Both the position numbers and the translations under genes were made by a program. The notes beneath the pieces are model-generated. The model saw only the letters and a program-made list of their open reading frames with translations. It searched no databases and was not told the origin of the DNA. A stretch of 64,000 bases of DNA, taken from contig JAAXUA010000001.1 in assembly GCA_013336275.1 (NCBI GenBank), positions 206,167-270,166 on the forward strand, written 5' to 3'. Origin of the DNA: Candidatus Falkowbacteria bacterium (GTDB taxonomy: Bacteria > Patescibacteriota > Patescibacteriia > Patescibacteriales > GWE2-39-37). Positions 9,869-20,002 of this stretch are shown one piece after another. Every line of letters starts with the position of its first letter. The stretch's first letter is position 1.

Positions 9869-11881
9869 ATGTTCCGACTATCAGGTTCTGACAATCTGAA
9901 TCTCGCCAAGATTTTCCGTAGCGCTCGCAGCGTTGCCCAGAATTTTCCTCTGGTAAAAAAAGTCCGTCGTCGACGGCATATCTTTGCGGCGCTCAAGATC
10001 ATCTCGCTCTTGGCCTTGGTGACGATCCTGCTCCTGATCATTCTCTTTGCCGCCCATTTCCTCGCCTTCAAGAGCATCCTGGCCAGTTCCTTGTCAGGCA
10101 AGTCATCCTTGGAGCAGGCAGTCGGTATGGCTAAGCAGGGAGACTTCAAATCCGCCCAGGCAGCCGCCAATCAGGCAGCCAGTGATTTTTATTATGCCAC
10201 GAGCAATCTTGAAGATATAAAGACTAGCCTGGTTTTTAATCAGGTCGGCGCGTTGCAATACCAGGTCGGCCAGCTCGGCTATTTGGTCGGTTCGGCGGAG
10301 ATGCTATCAAGGGCGGTCGGACAAGCAGTATCATTCGGTCTTGAGCTGCAGAATCTCTTGGATGGCAATCGCCAGCTGAATTACTCGACTTTCAGTCCGG
10401 ATGAGAAAAAGAAGATTCTCGGCCGGATCCAATATTCCGGGCCTGAATTGACCGGCATGAAAGCCAATCTTGATCTAGCGCTATTGAATCTGGCCAACAT
10501 AACTTACCCTGGCGTCTTGTGGCCACTGAAAGGCAAGATCGATGAGACCAAGAATCTGGTCGGCGAAGCCTCACAGGTCTTAGGCAAGTTGGCGCCTATG
10601 TCCCAGATCATACCGGCGTTGGCTGGCTATCCTAGCACCTCGACTTATCTGGTGCTGTTCCAGAATAGCGACGAATTGAGGCCGACAGGCGGCTTCTTAG
10701 GGACTTATGGCATCCTGCAGATGGAGAGCGGCGACATCTCAAGGTTCGAGACCCACGATATCTACCACATGGATATGCCAGTCAAAGACAAGGTGGATGT
10801 CATTCCGCCGGAACCGATAAGGAAATATCTGAACGCAAAATGGTATATGCGCGACGCTAACTGGTCGCCAGACTGGCCGACCGCCGCACAAAAAATAGAG
10901 TGGTTTTATAATCTGGAAAATCCGCTCTTGCCACCCAAGGACCAGGTCAATAATTTTTCCGGACAATTTGATGGCGTCATAGCGATTACGCCGAAACTGG
11001 TGACCGATCTATTGGCGATCGTCGGCCCGATCGTAATTGATGGCCAAGAATACAACCCGACCAACTTCGTCGACCTTTTAGAGTACCGGGTTGAAAAAGG
11101 CTATGTCCAACTCGGCGTCTCCTCCTGGCAGAGAAAAGAGGTGATAGGCCAGATAATGAAGGAAATGAAGATCCGGCTGATGAACCTGCCATCGGATAAA
11201 TGGCGCACGATATTGATGGTTTTTGATAACAATGTCGCTTCGAAAGATATATTGGTCTACCTGCACGATCAAGTGCTGCAGGGCTTGGCCAAAGAGCAGG
11301 GCTGGACTGGAGAGATCAAGCAGCCGCAAAGCGATTACCTGATGATCGTGGATGCGAACCTGGCCAGTTTGAAAACCGATGCCGTCATGAACCGTAGTGT
11401 CAGCTACGAGGTCAAGGAAGGAACGGACCGGCTGACCTCCCGGCTTATCATAAATTATGCCCACCGTGGCAAGCCGGACTGGAAAACCAGCTATTACCAG
11501 ACCTACACCCGGGTTTACGTGCCCAAAGGCAGCCGTCTGATCAAGATGGAAGGATGCAACAGCAAGCCGGACATTATCGATGAATATAACAAGACGGCCT
11601 TCGGTTGCCAGCTTATCGTTCCATTCAACCAAGTAGCGCCGCTCGTGTTGGAGTATGATCTCCCGAACCACCTGAAGACCGCCCTTGCCAAGAATGGTTA
11701 TGGCTTATTTGTTCAAAAACAGCCAGGCAACCAAGTCTCTGAATTGGCAGTTGACTTAAGCTTCATCAATGGTATAAAATCTTATAGTCCAGTAGGTTTC
11801 TCGGTCAATTTCCTGACTGGCAACCGAATCGGCTGGCTGACCGACCTGACACTCGACCGGCAGTACTCAGTCTCGTTTTAG
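9869..11881 (+). CDS. DUF4012 domain membrane-anchored protein
   Basis: YLVLFQNSDELRPTGGFLG, RDANWSPDWP, DGVIAITP. Confidence 0.85.
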   Translation: MFRLSGSDNLNLAKIFRSARSVAQNFPLVKKVRRRRHIFAALKIISLLALVTILLLIILFAAHFLAFKSILASSLSGKSSLEQAVGMAKQGDFKSAQAAANQAASDFYYATSNLEDIKTSLVFNQVGALQYQVGQLGYLVGSAEMLSRAVGQAVSFGLELQNLLDGNRQLNYSTFSPDEKKKILGRIQYSGPELTGMKANLDLALLNLANITYPGVLWPLKGKIDETKNLVGEASQVLGKLAPMSQIIPALAGYPSTSTYLVLFQNSDELRPTGGFLGTYGILQMESGDISRFETHDIYHMDMPVKDKVDVIPPEPIRKYLNAKWYMRDANWSPDWPTAAQKIEWFYNLENPLLPPKDQVNNFSGQFDGVIAITPKLVTDLLAIVGPIVIDGQEYNPTNFVDLLEYRVEKGYVQLGVSSWQRKEVIGQIMKEMKIRLMNLPSDKWRTILMVFDNNVASKDILVYLHDQVLQGLAKEQGWTGEIKQPQSDYLMIVDANLASLKTDAVMNRSVSYEVKEGTDRLTSRLIINYAHRGKPDWKTSYYQTYTRVYVPKGSRLIKMEGCNSKPDIIDEYNKTAFGCQLIVPFNQVAPLVLEYDLPNHLKTALAKNGYGLFVQKQPGNQVSELAVDLSFINGIKSYSPVGFSVNFLTGNRIGWLTDLTLDRQYSVSF

Positions 11882-11945
11882 CGCCAATAATTGCCAATAA
11901 TATTAGCGTTTTTAGCTGGTTATTGGCAATTTTTAATAATACCGC

Positions 11946-12953
11946 ATGTTTATCAAAAGAATCGGCATCGATCTAGGCACAACCTATACTTTGGTCCATC
12001 TGCCAAAACGGGGGATTGTCATCAACGAACCGAGCGTGGTTGCGATTTCAGTTACGGACAAGAAGATTCTGGCCGTCGGCAACGAGGCCAAGGACATGCT
12101 TGGGCGCACTCCTGACACCATTATCGCCTTAAAACCCCTGAAGGACGGCGTTATCGCTGATTACCGGGCCACTGAGGCTATGCTTAGATATTTCATCAAC
12201 AAGTCCCTGGGCGGCATCCGCCTATTTCGTCCTGAAGTCATGGTCGCCGTGCCTGCTGGCATTTCCTCGACCGAACGCCGTGCCGTCATTGACGCCACCA
12301 TCGCAGCTGGAGCCAAGGCAGCCTATATCATCAAGGAGCCGGTCGCGGCCGCTATCGGCGCTGACATACCGATCGGCTCGGCGTCGGGCCACATGATCAT
12401 CGATATCGGCGGCGGTACTGCTGAAATGGCTGTCATCTCCTTGGGCGGTATCGTGGCCTCGACTTCGGTCAGGGTCGGAGGCACCCGTTTCGATAGCGCC
12501 ATCATCGACTACATCAGACGCAAATACAATCTCTCGATCGGCGAGCGCACAGCCGAAGAGATCAAAATCAATATCGGCTCAGCTTTATATCTTGAAAACA
12601 AGCTAACCATGGAAATCCGCGGACGCGATATCGTGACCGGGCTGCCACGGAGCATTATCGTCACCTCGAACGATGTGACCGAGGCGTTGCAGAACGAGTT
12701 GGAAGCGATCATCAATGCTGTCAAAAAAGTCCTGCACGAGACCCCTCCGGAACTTTCCTCGGACATTATGGACAAGGGCATGGTCCTGTCCGGCGGCAGC
12801 TCGCTTCTGCGCAATATCGACCAGCTCCTGTCTCGCGCCACTGGCGTTCCGGCCTACATCGCCAATGACGCCCTCCTTTGCGTCGCGAAGGGAACCGGCA
12901 TCGCTTTGGAAAATCTTGATTCATATAAGCGCAGCATCCTCGCAACCAAATAA
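11946..12953 (+). CDS. mreB: Rod shape-determining protein MreB
   Basis: IGIDLGT, EPSVVA, DIGGGT, GERTAEEIK, actin-like ATPase. Confidence 0.97.
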   Translation: MFIKRIGIDLGTTYTLVHLPKRGIVINEPSVVAISVTDKKILAVGNEAKDMLGRTPDTIIALKPLKDGVIADYRATEAMLRYFINKSLGGIRLFRPEVMVAVPAGISSTERRAVIDATIAAGAKAAYIIKEPVAAAIGADIPIGSASGHMIIDIGGGTAEMAVISLGGIVASTSVRVGGTRFDSAIIDYIRRKYNLSIGERTAEEIKINIGSALYLENKLTMEIRGRDIVTGLPRSIIVTSNDVTEALQNELEAIINAVKKVLHETPPELSSDIMDKGMVLSGGSSLLRNIDQLLSRATGVPAYIANDALLCVAKGTGIALENLDSYKRSILATK

Positions 12954-12954
12954 T

Positions 12955-14241
12955 ATGATTATCGGCATCGATGCCAGCCGGGCTAATCGCAAGCACAAGA
13001 CCGGCACTGAGTGGTACGCCTTCTACCTGATCAAGGAGCTGGCGAAGCTTGATGCGTCCAATCAGTACATACTTTATTCCGAGCAGCCGATTTCGAACGA
13101 CTTGAATGACCTGACCGACAACCCATCGGGCGGTCCTATTTCCTACGACCAGGACGGTTTTCAAGTCATCAAGAGTCCCCACGGCAACTTCAAGGCCAAA
13201 GTGCTTGATTGGCCGGTCCGACATCTGTGGACCCATCTCCGACTGTCCTGGGAAATGATTTGGCATCGCCCCGATGTGCTTTTCGTGCCTTCGCACGTCC
13301 TGCCGCTGATCCACCCCAGGCGCTCAGTCGTAACCATCCATGATGTCGGTTTCGAGCGCGACAAAAGCCTTTACCCGAAGCTCGATCTCGGCCCGAACAG
13401 CAAGCTGCAGAAACGAATCCTTAACGTGCTTGTCAGACTCTTCACTTTCGGACGTTTCGGCGCCAACGTCCAAGACTATCTGACTTGGTCAACCTTATTT
13501 TCCTTGCGCAAGGCCGAAAAGATCATCACCGTTTCCGAATTTTCAAAGCAGGAAATATTCGAAGTCTACAAAGACGAGCTGACCCCTGCGGTCTTGGGCA
13601 AGATCATCGCCATCCATAACGGGTATAACCAGGAATGCTACAGGCCGGTCACTAACCATGATAAGGTGACAGCTACTTTGGAAAAGTACGATATCGAACC
13701 CCCATATATCTTTTACCTGGGCCGTCTGGAGCGCAAAAAGAATACCCCCGCCTTAGTAGAAGCCTTCGGTATGATTAGCAAGCAATTTCCTGAGTACAAG
13801 CTAGTGCTGACCGGCCGGGCCAGCTTCGGCTATGACGAAGTCGAGTTCATGATCAGCCAGTACAAGCTCGACCATAAGGTCATCTGTACCGGCTGGGTCG
13901 ATGAAGCCGACCTGCCTTATATCTACGGCGGTGCAGACATATTCGCTTTCCCATCGCACTATGAGGGCTTCGGCATTCCTTTGGTCGAAGCCATGGCCTG
14001 CGGCGTGCCTGTTGCGGCATCCGACGTCGCTCCGATAACCGAGGTGGTTGACGGCGCAGCAATCCTTTTCAATCCTGAAAGCCCGGCTTCCATCAAAGAC
14101 GCCTTAGTCAAGCTCATCTCCGACAAGGAACTGCGAAACCGCCTTAGCGCACTGGGGTTAGCTAGGGCTAAGCAATTCGGCTGGAAGATAACCGCCGAAA
14201 AGACACTGGCCGTCCTAGACCCCAATTTCAAATTATCGTAA
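12955..14241 (+). CDS. Glycosyltransferase family 4 (GT-B)
   Basis: True start MIIGIDAS at 12955; GRLERKKN, FPSHYEGFGIPLVEAMACG. Confidence 0.92.
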   Translation: MIIGIDASRANRKHKTGTEWYAFYLIKELAKLDASNQYILYSEQPISNDLNDLTDNPSGGPISYDQDGFQVIKSPHGNFKAKVLDWPVRHLWTHLRLSWEMIWHRPDVLFVPSHVLPLIHPRRSVVTIHDVGFERDKSLYPKLDLGPNSKLQKRILNVLVRLFTFGRFGANVQDYLTWSTLFSLRKAEKIITVSEFSKQEIFEVYKDELTPAVLGKIIAIHNGYNQECYRPVTNHDKVTATLEKYDIEPPYIFYLGRLERKKNTPALVEAFGMISKQFPEYKLVLTGRASFGYDEVEFMISQYKLDHKVICTGWVDEADLPYIYGGADIFAFPSHYEGFGIPLVEAMACGVPVAASDVAPITEVVDGAAILFNPESPASIKDALVKLISDKELRNRLSALGLARAKQFGWKITAEKTLAVLDPNFKLS

Positions 14242-14340
14242 TTTCATGTTATAATATTTCTGTTTTTACCTATTTCAGACAACCATATAACCCTCAAATA
14301 CCCAAACATCATATTATCATTACTGAGCCGACGTAAATCG

Positions 14341-16383
14341 TTGGCTCTGGTTTTTATGCTGTCAGCCCTAGCCTTGTCAGGGCACGATTCGATCGCTAGC
14401 CCTAGCATCCCGGCAAGCCTTTTGGTCAAGTATCGAGGGGAAGACGCCATAAAAGAGGTTCGAGTGCCGGATCAGTCCCATTCCGATGAATTTATCATGG
14501 TCCTCAAACAAGATCCGAACATCGAGTGGGCCGAACCGGACTATTCGTTCCATTCCGCCATTATCCCCTCAGACACCCATTATAGCCAGCAGTGGTACTT
14601 GCAAAAAATCAAGGCCCCTTCGGCTTGGGACATCACGCAGTCTACCAAGAACATCGTCACCGCAGTCATTGATACCGGCGTTGACATCACGCACCCCGAC
14701 TTGAAGAATAACATCTGGATCAATCAGGATGAGATTCCGGGAAACAGGAAGGACGATGACAATAACGGCTTCATCGATGATATCAATGGCTGGGATTTTG
14801 TCGGCCGCAATGCCGACCCTATGCCGAAATTCGAAGAGGGGTTCACCTCCGACGTCCTTCATGGCACGATCATCTCCGGATTGATCGCTGCCGAAGGCAA
14901 TAACGCAGCCGGTGTTTCCGGAGTTACTTGGAATGCCAGGATCATGCCGTTGCGGGTTCTCAACGACAAGGGTGAGGGGACCGCTGGCAATGTCATCCGA
15001 GCTATCGATTATGCTATAAACAATGGAGCTCACGTAATAAATCTGAGCTTCATCGGCTTCAACTACAGCCAGGGAATGGATGAAGCGATCAGGCGTGCAT
15101 ACGAAGCAGGCGTAATCGTGGTAGCCGCGGCTGGCAACGAAGCTGGCGACCAGACCAAGGACACCGACCTTAACAAGACACCGATGTATCCGGTCTGTCT
15201 TGATGGCCGTCCGGGTGAGAATCGGGTCATTGGCGTAGCGGCGACAGATGCAATGGACCAGAAGACCTATTTTTCAGGTTATGGCTCGCGCTGCGTTGAT
15301 ATCACCGGTCCTGGTGTCAGTATCTTTAATCTCTCAGTCTACGCTCCGGACAAGACCTTGGATAATCAGCCTCTGAACAAATACTATGACGGTTACTGGT
15401 CAGGCACCTCTGTGGCCGCTCCGCAAGTGAGCGGCGTCCTCGCCTTGATCATGTCGACCAACCCAGGACTCGACCGCAAGGCAACGGTTGATGTCCTGCT
15501 GTCTAGCGCAACCAACATCACCCGTCTCAACCCGCTTTACCCCAATCAGCTCGGAAGCGGACGTGTCAGCGCAGCGGGCGCGGTTGAGCTCGCCAAAGAC
15601 AGGCTGACGGAAAACAAATTCGATCTCATAGTCAACCAAAGTAGCGGCACCTCGACCGTGCTCAATATCATCAATCCAGCCAGGTCCTACAACAAGGAAA
15701 TCGTGCTCGGCGCGGAATTGGCTGGAGGCGTCAATGTGGCGTCAGGCGATGTCGACGGTGACGGACGTGCCGAGATTATCGTCGGAGCCGGACCAGGCGG
15801 CGGCCCCCACGTCAAGATACTCGACCAAACAGGCAGGCTCAAGGGCCAATTCATGGCTTACAATACTAGCTTCAGAGGAGGCGTCAATGTGGCGTCAGGC
15901 GATGTCGACGGTGACGGACGTGCCGAGATCATCGTCGGAGCCGGACCAGGCGGTGGCCCCCACGTCAAGATCATCAATGGCCGCGGCCAGCTCAAAGGCC
16001 AATTCATGGCGTATAAAACTTCTTTTCGCGGAGGCGTCAATGTGGCCGTGGCCGACGTTGACGGCGGCACCATCAATCGGCGCTCTGAAATCGTAACCAG
16101 TCCCGGCGCCGGCATGCCCGCTGAAATCAGGATCTTTACCGACCACGCCAAACTGCTGAGCAAATTCTCTCCGTTCGCCGTAAATTTCGACAAAGGAGTC
16201 AACCTAACCAGCGCCGACACCAATCAGGATGGCCTGGCGGAGATCATCGTCGGAGCCGGACCAGGCGGCGGCCCCCACGTCAGGGTCTTCACTTCAGCCG
16301 GCAAGCTGGTAGACTCATTCTATGCTTATCCGAGCGAAATCAAGACCGGCGTCAGGATAACCTCCATCAAGTCCCAAAGGTAG
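14341..16383 (+). CDS. Subtilisin-family (S8) serine protease with C-terminal FG-GAP repeats
   Basis: AVIDTG (Asp), HGT (His), AAAGN, WSGTSVAAP (Ser); repeats of GDVDGDGRAEIIVGAGPGGGPHV. Start uncertain (frame open from 14242). Confidence 0.9.
   Translation: MALVFMLSALALSGHDSIASPSIPASLLVKYRGEDAIKEVRVPDQSHSDEFIMVLKQDPNIEWAEPDYSFHSAIIPSDTHYSQQWYLQKIKAPSAWDITQSTKNIVTAVIDTGVDITHPDLKNNIWINQDEIPGNRKDDDNNGFIDDINGWDFVGRNADPMPKFEEGFTSDVLHGTIISGLIAAEGNNAAGVSGVTWNARIMPLRVLNDKGEGTAGNVIRAIDYAINNGAHVINLSFIGFNYSQGMDEAIRRAYEAGVIVVAAAGNEAGDQTKDTDLNKTPMYPVCLDGRPGENRVIGVAATDAMDQKTYFSGYGSRCVDITGPGVSIFNLSVYAPDKTLDNQPLNKYYDGYWSGTSVAAPQVSGVLALIMSTNPGLDRKATVDVLLSSATNITRLNPLYPNQLGSGRVSAAGAVELAKDRLTENKFDLIVNQSSGTSTVLNIINPARSYNKEIVLGAELAGGVNVASGDVDGDGRAEIIVGAGPGGGPHVKILDQTGRLKGQFMAYNTSFRGGVNVASGDVDGDGRAEIIVGAGPGGGPHVKIINGRGQLKGQFMAYKTSFRGGVNVAVADVDGGTINRRSEIVTSPGAGMPAEIRIFTDHAKLLSKFSPFAVNFDKGVNLTSADTNQDGLAEIIVGAGPGGGPHVRVFTSAGKLVDSFYAYPSEIKTGVRITSIKSQR
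15724..16050 (+). repeat. Intragenic tandem repeat, 153-bp period (FG-GAP blades)
   Basis: ggaggcgtcaatgtggc starts at 15724, 15877 and 16030; the first two copies are near-identical over ~95 bp. Confidence 0.9.
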
Positions 16384-16434
16384 CCTCTTTCCCTAAAAAT
16401 TGCTAAAATAAAAACGTAATCATCAAAAAAACAT

Positions 16435-17451
16435 ATGGCAACGCAATCAATTTTCGAAAAGAAGAATATCCTGGTTATCGGCGGTGCCGGCTTTATCGGT
16501 TCCCATCTTTGCGATGAGCTGGTCAAGCATGCGAAGGTCATCTGTATCGATAACTTTTCAACCGGAGAAGAGAAAAACATCGACCACCTGCTGTCTGATC
16601 CGAATTTCAAATTCATCCGCCACGACATCTCTGAAAAAATCAATCTCGAGGCATTGCCAGAATTGGAGAACTTCAAGGTACCGTTCCAGGGCATACAGGA
16701 GATTTATAACCTGGCTTGCCCGACCTCGCCAAAGCATTTCGAAAACCTCCGGATCAGCAACCTGATGGCCAACTCCGTCGGAGTCATGAATTCTCTGGAT
16801 CTAGCCGTCAAATATCACGCCAAGTTCATGCACTTCTCGTCATCGGTCATCTATGGCGCACGTACGGCAGAGAATAGTAAGATCAAGGAAGACGTGCTCG
16901 GCTCAGTCGACATCCTTTCGCCGCGCGCTTGCTATGATGAGGGCAAGCGTTTCGCCGAGACCATCGTCAATACTTACCATGAAGTTTATCAGATCGAGAC
17001 CAAGATCATCCGCTTGTTCAGGACCTACGGTCCGAGAATGAAGCTCGATGATGACCAGATGATTCCAGACTTCGTTAGCGACGCTTTGGATAATAAGGAT
17101 ATCGTGATTTATGGCGATGAGAAATTCAGCTCCTCTTTCTGCTACATCTCCGACGCGATCGATGCTTCATTGAAGTTTATGGAAAAGGACGGCGGCGGCG
17201 TTATCAACATCGGCTCTGACACTTTGGTAACCCTCTCGAATCTGGCGCAGAAAGTGATCGACATGGTCGGCGCCAAATCAAAAATCATCTATCAGCCGGA
17301 AATCTTGTTCATGAGCCAGCTGCCAGTACCGGATATCAGCAAGGCGTTGAATGAGCTTGGCTGGCTGCCGATCATCACTTTGGAAAAAGGACTGGAAAAG
17401 ACTATATATGAATTGCGAGCGAGCAAGGGACTGGTTCGGATTCCACATTGA
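16435..17451 (+). CDS. NAD-dependent epimerase/dehydratase, UDP-glucuronate decarboxylase-like
   Basis: GGAGFIGSHL, IYNLACPTSP, PRACYDEGKR, TYGPRM. Confidence 0.88.
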   Translation: MATQSIFEKKNILVIGGAGFIGSHLCDELVKHAKVICIDNFSTGEEKNIDHLLSDPNFKFIRHDISEKINLEALPELENFKVPFQGIQEIYNLACPTSPKHFENLRISNLMANSVGVMNSLDLAVKYHAKFMHFSSSVIYGARTAENSKIKEDVLGSVDILSPRACYDEGKRFAETIVNTYHEVYQIETKIIRLFRTYGPRMKLDDDQMIPDFVSDALDNKDIVIYGDEKFSSSFCYISDAIDASLKFMEKDGGGVINIGSDTLVTLSNLAQKVIDMVGAKSKIIYQPEILFMSQLPVPDISKALNELGWLPIITLEKGLEKTIYELRASKGLVRIPH

Positions 17452-18122
17452 AGATGCCTTTGAGAATATTTTGCGTAATACCTGCACTTAACGAAAAGAA
17501 TAACATCCAGGACGTTGTCCGTGGTGTTGTTCCGTGCGTTGATTCGGTTATCGTAGTCGATGACGGCTCACAGGATGATACCGCCGGATTGGCTGAACAG
17601 GCTGGCGCAACCGTCCTGCGGCACGCGGTCAATCGGGGGCAGGGCGCGGCTTTGCGCACCGGCACCGAATACGCATTCGGCCAAGGCGCAGACATCGTCG
17701 TCCATTTCGACGCCGATGGGCAATTTCTCACCAAGGACATCGCTGTCGTTACCGGACCGATTGTCGACGGGCAAGCCGCCATCGTGTTCGGCTCCCGCTT
17801 TCTCGACAATACCACCAAGATGCCGTTAATAAAGAGGCGGGTAATCATGCCCTTGGCCAGGATAATCAACAAGCTCTTTCTTGGAGTCGAGCTGACCGAC
17901 CCGCAAAGCGGCTTCCGTGCCTTTTCGCGTGATGCTTTCAAGCGCTTGGCTTGGCAGCAGGACGGCATGGCCCACGCCTCGGAAATCTTGGCCTTGAGCG
18001 CCCATTCAGGCTTGGCGGTGAAAGAAGTGCCGATAACCGTCATTTATCACCAGTACGGACAGAAATTTTCCGGAGGGATGAAAATACTTAAAGATTTATT
18101 TTTTGGCAAATTAATCAGATAA
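17448..18122 (+). CDS. Glycosyltransferase family 2 (polyprenol-phosphate sugar synthase-like)
   Basis: IPALNE, VVDDGSQD, NRGQGAA, FDADGQ, GSRF, TDPQSGFRA. Confidence 0.92.
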   Translation: MKMPLRIFCVIPALNEKNNIQDVVRGVVPCVDSVIVVDDGSQDDTAGLAEQAGATVLRHAVNRGQGAALRTGTEYAFGQGADIVVHFDADGQFLTKDIAVVTGPIVDGQAAIVFGSRFLDNTTKMPLIKRRVIMPLARIINKLFLGVELTDPQSGFRAFSRDAFKRLAWQQDGMAHASEILALSAHSGLAVKEVPITVIYHQYGQKFSGGMKILKDLFFGKLIR

Positions 18123-18123
18123 C

Positions 18124-18453
18124 ATGACCCAACAGCTCATCGCATTAGCGATCATTTTATTCTTCATTACACGCCTCTTCGGGCAGCGGCGGCGTCAGCG
18201 ATTAGCGCCAGGCGAGTTCTGGTTCTGGCTGGCTTTCTGGCTTTTGGCTGCCGTACTGATACTCGGCCTTAAATGGATCGATCGCTTAGTCGCTGGCATC
18301 GGCTTTTCCGGGAGCGGAATCGAAGTGCTGCTCTACTTGGCCGTAACGGTCTTATTTTATTTCATTTTCCGCCTGCGCTTGCGCCTGGCCAAGGCCGAAC
18401 GCGACATTACGGAGATGGTGAAGCAGGTCGCATTAATCAATAAACAAAAATAG
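18124..18453 (+). CDS. DUF2304-like membrane protein
   Basis: 3 TM segments plus C-terminal coiled coil (ERDITEMVKQVAL), directly after the GT2. Confidence 0.75.
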   Translation: MTQQLIALAIILFFITRLFGQRRRQRLAPGEFWFWLAFWLLAAVLILGLKWIDRLVAGIGFSGSGIEVLLYLAVTVLFYFIFRLRLRLAKAERDITEMVKQVALINKQK

Positions 18454-18455
18454 CT

Positions 18456-18869
18456 ATGAACGCGAAGGACATGGTGCTCGATTTCATTTACTATACGGTC
18501 GTCCTGATCATCATCCTGGGCGCGCTTTTCCTGTTCTTGAATCCTAATTATTTCAAAGCCTTCTCGACCTTTATCAAAGCGATGGCTCCGGTCTTCTTTT
18601 TTGCCGGCTTTCTGATGATGAAGCTGCGTTGGATGCGAAAGGAATACAAGAAAAAGAAAGAAGAGGGTAGTACCGAGGTCCTGTTGCGCCTGAGCTATTT
18701 TGATAAGTTCACCACCGAGGTCCTAACTTTTCTTCTGCCGATGTCGATCAGCGTCATTGTCATGCTATCGGGCAGGGAATATACGGCCATCGACTTCATC
18801 CAAGCCGGACTGGCTTTCGTGATCTTATATCTCTGGAACAAGACCTTATTCAGCCATCGCGTCGATTAA
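18456..18869 (+). CDS. Hypothetical membrane protein
   Basis: About 4 hydrophobic segments; operon spacing. Confidence 0.7.
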   Translation: MNAKDMVLDFIYYTVVLIIILGALFLFLNPNYFKAFSTFIKAMAPVFFFAGFLMMKLRWMRKEYKKKKEEGSTEVLLRLSYFDKFTTEVLTFLLPMSISVIVMLSGREYTAIDFIQAGLAFVILYLWNKTLFSHRVD

Positions 18870-18870
18870 T

Positions 18871-20001
18871 ATGAAAATAGCTCACTTGATTTGCGTTTTC
18901 AGGCCATACAAGGGCGGCATGGGCAACGCTGCTGGGCAATTCGCCAAAACTTTGGCCCAAAAAGGCCATGAGGTGACTGTTATAACGCCTGATTACGGTC
19001 AGGCTGATTTTTTATCATCCGAGACTGATGATTCCTACGAAGTCCGACGATTAAAACCGCTTTTTGCCATCGGCAATGCGGCCAGCTTGCCTCAATTGGT
19101 CTGGCAGCTTAGACGATATGATATCGTCCATTTGCACTACCCATTCTATGGCGCCGTGCTGCCTGTCCTGTTCGCTTCGCTTTTCAAAAAGAAAGGCAGC
19201 AAGCTCATCGTGCATTACCACATGGATAGCCTGGCCGCGGGAGTCCGCGGATTTATTTTCCGTCTCAATAAGATATTCATCTGGCCCATCCTCTTTAAGG
19301 CGGCCGACCTGGTGACCGCCGCTTCGCTTGATTACGTTGCCAATTCGCAGATCGCCAATTCGTATGTGAAGTCACCGCAAAAATTCTTCCAAGTGCCTTT
19401 CGGCGTCGACGCCGACTTTTTTCGCTTCACGCCGTCGATCATTACGGAACGAAAAAATATCCTTTTCGTCGGCGGGTTGGATCAGGCACATTATTTCAAA
19501 GGCATCCCGATCCTGCTTGAAGCGTTAAAAATCCTGAAGGCCGAACACCATCTGGATGCTATTTTAACCGTAGTGGGCTCTGGTGAGCTGCAGGGGCAGT
19601 ATGCCCATCAGGCCGAAAGCCTAGGCATAAGCAAAGATGTGGTATTTTCTGGAAGATGCAGCGACCAGGAGTTGGCCGCCCATTACCGGAACGCTTCGCT
19701 TCTGGTTTTGCCATCGATCAATCAGGGAGAAGCTTTCGGCCTGGTCTTGCTCGAGGCCATGGCTACAGGTCGTCCCGTTGTCGCCAGCGACTTGCCAGGC
19801 GTGCGGGGTGTCTTTACTGACAAAGTCGAGGGGTTTCGGGCCAAACCAGGCGATGCTTCTGATTTGGCGGCCAAGATATTTCTGATTCTCAGCAATCAGG
19901 AATTGGCCGAGACGATGGGCCAAGCCGCCAGACATAAGACAGAAACCACCTATCGCTGGTCGGAAATAGGCCGCCTTCTAGAAGAAGCCTACAGCAAATA
20001 G
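18871..20001 (+). CDS. Glycosyltransferase family 4
   Basis: PYKGGM, FKGIPILL, LPSINQGEAFGLVLLEAMATG. Confidence 0.92.
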   Translation: MKIAHLICVFRPYKGGMGNAAGQFAKTLAQKGHEVTVITPDYGQADFLSSETDDSYEVRRLKPLFAIGNAASLPQLVWQLRRYDIVHLHYPFYGAVLPVLFASLFKKKGSKLIVHYHMDSLAAGVRGFIFRLNKIFIWPILFKAADLVTAASLDYVANSQIANSYVKSPQKFFQVPFGVDADFFRFTPSIITERKNILFVGGLDQAHYFKGIPILLEALKILKAEHHLDAILTVVGSGELQGQYAHQAESLGISKDVVFSGRCSDQELAAHYRNASLLVLPSINQGEAFGLVLLEAMATGRPVVASDLPGVRGVFTDKVEGFRAKPGDASDLAAKIFLILSNQELAETMGQAARHKTETTYRWSEIGRLLEEAYSK

Positions 20002-20002
20002 C

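Noticed and set aside
12715..12954. ORF-track N-terminal extensions (GT4, tgt from 32477, DUF192 from 51459, rplM from 43083)
   Set aside because: They overlap upstream genes; family N-termini begin at the downstream ATGs.
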